A DNA stretch of 36,430 nucleotides from the IMG/VR virus record IMGVR_UViG_3300045988_013705; one strand, written 5' to 3'. This document shows, one piece after another, positions 30,322-36,430 of this stretch. The notes beneath the pieces are model-generated. The model searched no databases and was not told where the DNA came from. It saw only the letters and a list, made by a program, of their open reading frames with translations. Source of the stretch: a virus. The position numbers were made by a program, and so were the translations under genes. Numbering within the stretch: position 1 is the first letter of the stretch; every line of letters starts with the position of its first letter.

Positions 30322-32139
30322 TTAGCTTACTCTCTTCCACATGTACACAACGAGATACGGGGGGAGGTTGTTGTGTGGCTTGCCGCCACCAGTAGCGCCA
30401 GTCACACTTCCCTGATCTACGACGGCGTTCGCACCTTGCCCGGTGCCTGTGAGTCCCCATGCTTTGGTGTTGCCCCACTCAAGCCTCTCGGGATGGGTGT
30501 GTGACGGCATCTCGTCCACAGTAAGAGTGTGCTCCACTTCGCCGCCCATTTCCCCGGCAGGGAAATTCTCTTTACCAGCCGGATACTCGCCCCAGTAATT
30601 CGTCGTGTTGGCGACGTTGGCTCCGGCACCGATGAGGAATCGGCCTTGCGATATTCGCTCCCACGTGCCGCCGAAAAGCGTAGCCGGATCAGTATTAGTC
30701 ACGCTAAGGTAGATCGAGCCTACCGGGTAGGCTCCCTGAGCCGTAAGAAACGCATTCTCACCCAGTTGCAGGCGGTTAGAGCCAGCGGGGAAGCAATTAA
30801 CACCAACGCTGGATTTGGACGTGTCGATGAAGAAGGTCGGGATACCGCGACCAAGGGTAAGCAACTGTGTAGTACTTCCGAGCTTATCCGCCGTGACCAC
30901 CTGCCACTCATAGGCATAATCCCTCTCGCACGTAACAGTAGATTCCACACCATTAACGAGCGCCACGGTAGACCATGCGTCTGAGCTTCCGGCCTTGCGA
31001 TATTTCGCTGTGATTGTGACCTCGTTTTTAGCGTCTAGGCTCGCATACCATGCGTTCACGGTAATGTGTGTTTCCGGCTCGAAATTATTCTTGCGCTGCA
31101 GGTCGATACTCGATGTCGGCTCCCACCATGCTTCGGCCTTGACATTGATGGTCGTGGACGTTTTAAACCCGCGCGAATCAATCGCGCTAAAGACTAGCGG
31201 CATGTCTGAGGATACGTCCACAGCACCGAAATCAAGCGTGGCGACGCTGGTAGCCGTCTTGGTCACTCCAGCAAAAGTCGCCTCGTATCTTGCGATTGTC
31301 GCGCCCTTTTTACCTGTAGCCGCGCCGAAAGACACTTGCAAGTCTGATTGCCGCTGTATAATCACCTGATTATCACCAGTCACAGCCACCGTGGCCGCGT
31401 TAGCGTCCTTGTAAGACACTGCGCCGAGGATAGGCGCGGCATCGCTCATGCTCATGGTGCGATCAAGCGTACTGTAATACTCTTTGCCGCCGATAAAGGT
31501 ACGCAGCGCATACCGCACCGGCATCGACATGCCGGTACACGCCGCTCTCAACGTCTCACGCTCGGCATCCGTAAGGGTAAACGTATACGTGCCGCTCTTG
31601 CCTGTGATTGCGCCTTTGCGCATGATCTGAGTGCCTGAGCCGACTGGAGCAAACTCCAGATATGCGTCAGCGGTGAACCCCCCGGCATTGCTGTATGCAA
31701 GAGATGGCGTGCCACTATCCGTGAAGTCGGTGGCGCTAGTGATTGTCGCCTGTCGTGGGATATCGTCAAGCGTAATGCTGCCGCTTGCTGTGATGCTGGA
31801 TATCTGCGAGCCGTCAATCGTCGCATTGACATTGAACACGTCGGTGACAGTGCAGCTCTTGCTGCCGTCAGCACTATGATTGACGCGATGCGTAGTCGTA
31901 CCGAGTGTGACCGAGCCGCCCTTTTGATTGATTGCCGGTGACGTGTAATTTTGAGCCACGCCATCGACCGAGCAAGTGTTCGAGCGGCTGGAAATCTTGA
32001 GCGAATACGCTGAGCCGATTACGAGTACATGACGAATCGTGATATCGGAGTAATTGCCGCTGACATTCTGCGCAGCCGTCCAATTAGCTTGCAGAGTATA
32101 TCCACGATAAACACCTGTAATTTGTCCCGATAAAGCCAT
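30322..32139 (-). CDS. Receptor-binding tail fibre with a C-terminal phage tail-collar domain.
   Basis: 605 aa with RBS AGGAGGA. The C-terminus reads YPVGSIYLSV...LFGGTWERI...GRFLIGAG...GGEVEHTLTVDEMPSHTH...GGGKPHNNLPPYLVVYMWKRV. Confidence 0.8.
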   Translation of the reverse strand: MALSGQITGVYRGYTLQANWTAAQNVSGNYSDITIRHVLVIGSAYSLKISSRSNTCSVDGVAQNYTSPAINQKGGSVTLGTTTHRVNHSADGSKSCTVTDVFNVNATIDGSQISSITASGSITLDDIPRQATITSATDFTDSGTPSLAYSNAGGFTADAYLEFAPVGSGTQIMRKGAITGKSGTYTFTLTDAERETLRAACTGMSMPVRYALRTFIGGKEYYSTLDRTMSMSDAAPILGAVSYKDANAATVAVTGDNQVIIQRQSDLQVSFGAATGKKGATIARYEATFAGVTKTATSVATLDFGAVDVSSDMPLVFSAIDSRGFKTSTTINVKAEAWWEPTSSIDLQRKNNFEPETHITVNAWYASLDAKNEVTITAKYRKAGSSDAWSTVALVNGVESTVTCERDYAYEWQVVTADKLGSTTQLLTLGRGIPTFFIDTSKSSVGVNCFPAGSNRLQLGENAFLTAQGAYPVGSIYLSVTNTDPATLFGGTWERISQGRFLIGAGANVANTTNYWGEYPAGKENFPAGEMGGEVEHTLTVDEMPSHTHPERLEWGNTKAWGLTGTGQGANAVVDQGSVTGATGGGKPHNNLPPYLVVYMWKRVS

Positions 32140-32154
32140 GATTTATCCTCCTAA

Positions 32155-33828
32155 TTAAGACAATGCCACGAAGGCAACGCCAGTATTGTCGCCACTGGTC
32201 ACCGGTACGATTTTGAGCTTGCCGCCTACCGCTAAGCCCTCCTCCACATACCCATTGCGCATGGAGAAAACGCCATTGCGAACAGTGTATGTAATCTTGT
32301 TGGCTGAATCGTAGCCAGTCAGACCGTTAGCCGCGCTGATCGCGATATGCGAACCGTCCTGCGCCCACATCGTCAAGCCCGAATTATCCAAGCGCCCCAA
32401 TGTCGCTCCAGCCGCCGACTTGACAAGCATCAGTCCATTGCCGTTGTCCTGCCCCCCGAGAGTCAGCGTGCCGCCCTTGATGAGGTCAGCCACCAGATTG
32501 ATGACATTGATATTCTGCATATTAAGAGTGCCGTCAATCGTCCAAGCGCTAGTAAAACTACCATTAATCCCACTAGAACTGAAGCCGATACCGGCACTAT
32601 TAATCCGCAGAACATTATGCGCCGATTCTTTCGGCAGACTATCCACGACCATAATCTGCTCACCGTCATAAATGACGTATGATCCGCCGAAGATGTTGTT
32701 AATCTTCGATTCCGATTCATCCAATCGGTCATTAACCGTGGTCACGATAGAGGAATTGACCGCCTGCGCCGCGTCCGCAGCCGTCTGCTGCACCGACCCC
32801 ATCAAGCCGCCCAAAGTCTGCTTGAAAGTGCCGAACTCGATGGATGTGTAGCGCCGCTGGATGCAGTCGTATTCGAAGCTGATAACGTTCGTGAGCATGT
32901 CAAGACCCATTCGCTCGTCGATCACTTCGATGGTGTCGCCAATATCGGTGATTTTCTCAAGATTCGCACTCATCTTGTAATTGACTTTTGGCGCGCAATT
33001 CTCTTCCAAATACTTCTGCGCCTGCTGACGCAAATCAGCGATTAGCGCCTTCTTATACGCTGTTTCATCGTCATGTTTTCCGTCTGGTGTCTTATAGTTT
33101 TCTTGCTTGATATCAGATTGTGAGAATTGCACGGTTTTAGTGTACGGTAAATCGTATTGTTTTTCAGATTCCATGTAAATCGACTGCTTGCTATCGAGAG
33201 CATTGAGCAGGATACCATCAGAGCCTTCAGGCAGCAATTTAGTGCAAACATCGCTCCAGTCATATGACGCTTCGATGCTCTTGAGATTCTTGCCGTACCT
33301 CACCACGACGCCATTATCAGCGCCAATATTCTGCCGGATGCCGATAGTCCAGCCGTCCCGCACCAAGTGCCCGCCCCAACGCTCCAGAACCGTCTGAATC
33401 GCCTCATAGAGCGATTTACGCACGCACCTGAAGGAATTAATCGTGTTAATGTCGGAAACCGTGCTGAAGGGCGATTTTGGCTCAGTAGCGGTATTGAGAT
33501 GGTCTAGCGCCTGATTGCAAGTCGAATCGACCACGTATGAATCGGCAATCAAATAATTCGCGCTATCGAAAAAAACGTGGTCGCATTTGCATGTGATCTT
33601 AGTATGCGTAATCTCAGGATTAAGTATACGGAAAGGTTGCGCACCTTGCGGCGTATCCGCGACAATAATATTGCCTGACTTAATCCACGGTAGATATTCA
33701 GTGCCGCACGATAAATCGAGATAATAAGCGTCGTTATCTTCCTTTTTTACTGTCGCTTTTAGCGGCTGAATTACCTTGTCGCCATTCGATTTATAGTCCC
33801 TGTCTGTAGGGCTGAAGATTCTGAGCAT
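32155..33828 (-). CDS. Tail-associated (Tal-like) minor structural protein, prophage-tail N-terminal type.
   Basis: MLRIFSPTDRDYKSNGDKVIQPLKATVKKEDNDAYYLDLSC...IVADTPQGAQPFRI... RBS GGAGGTG precedes the ATG at 33828. Confidence 0.75.
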   Translation of the reverse strand: MLRIFSPTDRDYKSNGDKVIQPLKATVKKEDNDAYYLDLSCGTEYLPWIKSGNIIVADTPQGAQPFRILNPEITHTKITCKCDHVFFDSANYLIADSYVVDSTCNQALDHLNTATEPKSPFSTVSDINTINSFRCVRKSLYEAIQTVLERWGGHLVRDGWTIGIRQNIGADNGVVVRYGKNLKSIEASYDWSDVCTKLLPEGSDGILLNALDSKQSIYMESEKQYDLPYTKTVQFSQSDIKQENYKTPDGKHDDETAYKKALIADLRQQAQKYLEENCAPKVNYKMSANLEKITDIGDTIEVIDERMGLDMLTNVISFEYDCIQRRYTSIEFGTFKQTLGGLMGSVQQTAADAAQAVNSSIVTTVNDRLDESESKINNIFGGSYVIYDGEQIMVVDSLPKESAHNVLRINSAGIGFSSSGINGSFTSAWTIDGTLNMQNINVINLVADLIKGGTLTLGGQDNGNGLMLVKSAAGATLGRLDNSGLTMWAQDGSHIAISAANGLTGYDSANKITYTVRNGVFSMRNGYVEEGLAVGGKLKIVPVTSGDNTGVAFVALS

Positions 33829-33878
33829 TTCTGCACCTCCTGTATTCAATGATATTGGTGAAAAACGACACGTCGAAT

Positions 33879-33930
33879 TTGCTTCCCAATGCGATAGGTG
33901 TATAGTAGTAATTACCGATCAAGGAAAGGA
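33879..33930 (+). promoter_or_regulatory. Promoter / 5'UTR cassette, copy B: TTGCTT-16-TATAGT plus an AAGGAAAGGA RBS.
   Basis: The -35 is at 33879-33884 and the -10 at 33901-33906. Positions 33894-33930 match the rc of 21892-21928 at 35 of 37 positions. Confidence 0.55.
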
Positions 33931-33934
33931 CACC

Positions 33935-34093
33935 ATGAAAGACAAGCTCGAAAACCTCAGCACCGCACTAATCTTAATCGGCCTACTATTGGCAATGAAC
34001 GAAAATACCAGCAAGATGTACATCAACATTATCGGCGCGGGTCTTGCGGTACTTGGCATGTTGATACTGCGTATCACCGGCAAGGACGCGTGA
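33935..34093 (+). CDS. 52-aa two-TM membrane protein on the opposite strand (moron-like).
   Basis: MKDKLENLSTALILIGLLLAMNENTSKMYINIIGAGLAVLGMLILRITGKDA. It has a strong RBS, its own promoter cassette and a terminator downstream. It is below the track cutoff. Confidence 0.6.
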   Translation: MKDKLENLSTALILIGLLLAMNENTSKMYINIIGAGLAVLGMLILRITGKDA

Positions 34094-34146
34094 TAAGATG
34101 TGAAGTGCCGGAGTGGTGAACCGGCACGATGTGATGATAGAACAAG

Positions 34147-34195
34147 AAAGCCGCCACGTGGTCTTACCTCTCCTCCCACGCGACGGCTTTTCTCA
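34147..34195. terminator. Bidirectional terminator between the convergent endolysin and small membrane genes.
   Basis: aaagccgccacgtgg (34147-34161) pairs with ccacgcgacggcttt (34176-34190) at 13 of 15 positions. T-rich tracts follow on both strands. Confidence 0.65.
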
Positions 34196-34199
34196 TACC

Positions 34200-35306
34200 T
34201 CAGCCGACCTTCAACACCTGTCCCGGATAGATTTTGTTGGCGTCAGCGATGCCGTTGATCTGCTGGAGGTGTTGCCACGTAGTCCCATACTTGGCCGCGA
34301 TACCGCTGAGGGTATCGCCGCTCTTGACAGTGTAGGTCTTGGCAGCTGGTGCCGCAGCAGAGCCAGCAACCTTCAACACCTGCCCCGGATAAATCCGGTT
34401 GGCGTCGGCGATGCCGTTGATCTGCTGCAGAGCCTGCCACGTCGTACCGTACTTGGCTGCGATAGCGGAGAGAGTATCCCCGCTCTTGACAGTGTATGTC
34501 TGAGTTGCAGACGTACTGGAAGTGCCGAGCTTCTGATTCACGACAGCCTGCACGGCTTCATAGCGAGAGCCGAGCGCAGCCTTACGAGCATCACCATCAC
34601 CATACTTGCCAGCCAGTACCTCGTCGGCAAGCTGAGCATCACTCTTGCCAGCGAGCGGGTCAACCGGCTTAGGTGCCGGAGCCGGAGCCGGAGTGCCGGA
34701 AGCACCAGCGTACTTCTGCCAAGCGGCAGCGTCGCCATAGAACTTGTCAAGGTCGAGATTGCCGCCCCAGCCGGGAAGCCGCCCAGCGCTTGAATACTGC
34801 CGAATCGCACAGCTATACGCACCCTCATTCCAAGGTGTGCCCTGATACCCGGTCGCATTCATGTCCGCATACTGGGCGATCCACAAGCCGCAATCATACT
34901 TCTTTGCAACTTCCGCAGCCTGCGCATACACGGAAGCCTGAGCGTAGATCAGCGGCTTCACGCCGGTACGCTCGATCACGCGAGCCACAAGCGCATCGAG
35001 ATAACCGTAATTACCCCAAGCGCCATTCTGCGCACTCTCCCAGTCGATGCACAGCACGCCCTTGCCGACATAGCCCCTCACGTTATTCACGTAGTAGTCA
35101 GCTTCCGCCACAGCGCCGGATCCGTCGACATAGTGGTAAGTTCCCCAGCACTTGCCCAGCTTGATAGCCTGCTGAACAACGCGGTCGCAATCAGGATTCA
35201 CATAATTAGTGCCCTGCGTCGCCTTAGCAATAACGAAGTCACACGGCACCTTGGCCACGTCGATACCTGACTGCCAGCTAGAAATATCAATACCATTCAT
35301 TGTCAT
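34200..35306 (-). CDS. Endolysin: GH25 muramidase, a CW_7-like repeat and two LysM domains.
   Basis: The N-terminus is [15 protein letters not shown]...[26 protein letters not shown] linker follows, then [35 protein letters not shown]. There are two copies of [44 protein letters not shown]. Confidence 0.9.
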   Translation of the reverse strand: MTMNGIDISSWQSGIDVAKVPCDFVIAKATQGTNYVNPDCDRVVQQAIKLGKCWGTYHYVDGSGAVAEADYYVNNVRGYVGKGVLCIDWESAQNGAWGNYGYLDALVARVIERTGVKPLIYAQASVYAQAAEVAKKYDCGLWIAQYADMNATGYQGTPWNEGAYSCAIRQYSSAGRLPGWGGNLDLDKFYGDAAAWQKYAGASGTPAPAPAPKPVDPLAGKSDAQLADEVLAGKYGDGDARKAALGSRYEAVQAVVNQKLGTSSTSATQTYTVKSGDTLSAIAAKYGTTWQALQQINGIADANRIYPGQVLKVAGSAAAPAAKTYTVKSGDTLSGIAAKYGTTWQHLQQINGIADANKIYPGQVLKVG

Positions 35307-35337
35307 TTTTGATTACCTCCTTGGATTGTTATTTTAC

Positions 35338-35387
35338 CTTCGATTGCATCTGACTGATGCGGTCAATCGACGCCTGTGCGTCGATGA
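35338..35387 (-). repeat. Direct repeat copy 1 (intergenic); partner at 35828-35877.
   Basis: Positions 35338-35364 are identical to 35828-35854 (27 nt). Similarity continues for about 23 more nt, ending in a shared cgtcgatg. Confidence 0.85.
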
Positions 35388-35392
35388 CCGCA

Positions 35393-36430
35393 TCATTTGA
35401 CACTGATGATCTCATCAGGCATCTGCGAGACATCATCAGACACATGCGAGCCAGCTGCAACCCAAGAGACAGTACCTTGAAACCACGTCCCGGTGTTGTA
35501 AGTGACATTGACGGTAGGACGGAACTCCACCTTGTTGCCGACGATATGCACAGCAGTGTTGTTATTCGGCTCAGCGTTAGCGTTAGTCACAATCGGCGTA
35601 TTAAGATCGCCGAGAGAGCCAAGACCATCGGGGAGAGTAAGGACATGCGCCTGATCCCACGCCTTGGCATTCCACACGCTAGCCTTGCGGGTCGCAGAGA
35701 ATGACAGTGTGCAGACACCGCCGACCACTCGCAACCGGCAAAACTTCCAAGTATAGTCATCATACCAAGTGCCCTTTGTGAGGCCACTGCCGACCTCGTA
35801 AGTGGCGGAGCTGATGAGAGCATCGTACTTCGATTGCATCTGACTGATGCGGTCGACCAGTGCCCGCACGTCGATGGTGCCGCCGGCCGACACGTTGATT
35901 CCCGCGCCAATCTTGACACCACCAACAGTAGATGCGGTCGCTGGCTTAAGCGCGAGCTTCCACCCCCCATCGTCCTGCCTAGTGTCCTTCGATAAGAATG
36001 ATCCCGCGTCGATGCCCAAGCACAGCGCACCCGAGGGACTGACCGCGATGGCGACACTCGGGTTATTTTCTCCGAAAACGCCAAATGTGGCCGGAGTAAG
36101 CACTCCATTAGAGTTGACTCTCAGACCACTGCCGACCTTGACACCGCCGAGAGTGGTGTTCGTGGCTGCGGGTAGCGTGTAGGTGCTTCCACCTGAAGCG
36201 GATATCGTGCCGTCACTCGCGACGGTGATGCCCCTGCCGATTTTCACGCCACCCAATGTGGACGCTGAAGCCACGGGTAGCGTGTAGGTGGGGCCAGTAT
36301 CACCCTTAGGACCTTGAGGGCCAGTAGCACCCTTAGGGCCAGTATCACCCTTAGGACCCTGAGGGCCAGTAGCACCCTTAGGGCCAGTATCACCCTTAGG
36401 ACCCTGAGGGCCAGTAGCACCCTTAGGGCC
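35393..36430 (-). CDS. Tail fibre, C-terminal part: collagen-like repeats, TLGGVKxG repeats and a distal domain. The 5' end runs off the window at 36430.
   Basis: The frame of track ORF 35393-36274 stays open upstream to 36430, with 36430 as a first codon position. It reads ...[37 protein letters not shown]... It is in phase with the ORF that ends at position 1. Confidence 0.8.
   Translation of the reverse strand, partial: GPKGATGPQGPKGDTGPKGATGPQGPKGDTGPKGATGPQGPKGDTGPTYTLPVASASTLGGVKIGRGITVASDGTISASGGSTYTLPAATNTTLGGVKVGSGLRVNSNGVLTPATFGVFGENNPSVAIAVSPSGALCLGIDAGSFLSKDTRQDDGGWKLALKPATASTVGGVKIGAGINVSAGGTIDVRALVDRISQMQSKYDALISSATYEVGSGLTKGTWYDDYTWKFCRLRVVGGVCTLSFSATRKASVWNAKAWDQAHVLTLPDGLGSLGDLNTPIVTNANAEPNNNTAVHIVGNKVEFRPTVNVTYNTGTWFQGTVSWVAAGSHVSDDVSQMPDEIISVK
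35828..35877 (-). repeat. Direct repeat copy 2 (inside the fibre gene, encoding ...[16 protein letters not shown]...).
   Basis: See the partner at 35338-35387. The spacing is 490 nt. Confidence 0.85.
36291..36430 (-). repeat. Collagen-like Gly-X-Y coding tandem repeat (45-nt unit, about 3 units).
   Basis: Same unit as at 1-69. The rc encodes ([15 protein letters not shown])n. Confidence 0.9.

Noticed and set aside
33898-34179. ORFs 33898-34119 (+, 73 aa) and 33919-34179 (-, 86 aa).
   Set aside because: The first starts inside the promoter cassette (the MYSSNY translation arises from the TATAGTAGTAATTACC motif, as does the start of 21631-21924). The second is antisense to the well-supported 52-aa ORF. 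Neither has an RBS.
36358-36430. Terminal 71-nt identity with positions 1-71 as proof of an assembler overlap artefact.
   Set aside because: The identity is expected from the 45-nt tandem periodicity itself, and it breaks at the last 2 nt. It cannot be used to decide how many repeat units are real.
1-36430. CRISPR array, diversity-generating retroelement, retron or toxin-antitoxin pair.
   Set aside because: There are no spacer-repeat arrays. No reverse-transcriptase-like ORF appears in any frame of the track. The only long DNA repeats are coding tandem repeats, the fibre hinge repeat and the promoter cassette.

Overview
The window reads as one complete, circularly permuted genome of about 36.4 kb from a temperate siphovirus-type phage, with no host flanks. 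Both window ends lie inside the same collagen-like (Gly-X-Y) 45-nt tandem repeat of a single tail-fibre gene. The two halves join in frame if the sequence is circular. Almost all genes are on the minus strand. Reading down the minus strand from about 28.2 kb, the order is:
- A Cro-like switch, then a recombination block (Gp157-like, ERF, SSB), dUTPase, a free-standing GIY-YIG homing endonuclease and a DUF1064-like gene.
- A replisome organiser, a DnaC-like loader and a sigma-r4-like regulator.
- A stand-alone promoter / tRNA-Trp-like / terminator unit.
- An accessory early block: two very acidic small proteins, a pentapeptide-repeat protein, a 57-aa DivIVA-domain protein, YqaJ exonuclease, an MmcB-like nuclease and an HNH-like protein.
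- A membrane-protein cluster that includes a Dp-1-type holin candidate, then an HNH endonuclease.
- A ParB-domain DNA methyltransferase coupled to a shortened MetK-like SAM synthetase.
- P27-type TerS, TerL, HK97-type portal, protease and capsid, the neck genes, the major tail protein, a G/GT chaperone pair with an A_AAA_AAC slippery site, the tape measure and Dit.
- The BppU/collagen fibre (wrapping the window ends), then a GH25-CW_7-LysM endolysin.

Unusually, the Tal-like tail-tip gene and a tail-collar receptor-binding gene lie after the endolysin and a bidirectional terminator. They are next to a plus-strand lysogeny module (XRE repressor, large serine integrase, 46-bp palindromic attP candidate).

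All protein calls come from motif recognition by eye on the supplied translations. No database search was run. The host is probably a Gram-positive gut bacterium (Firmicutes or Actinobacteria), but this cannot be decided from the sequence alone. No CRISPR array, reverse transcriptase or DGR was seen.
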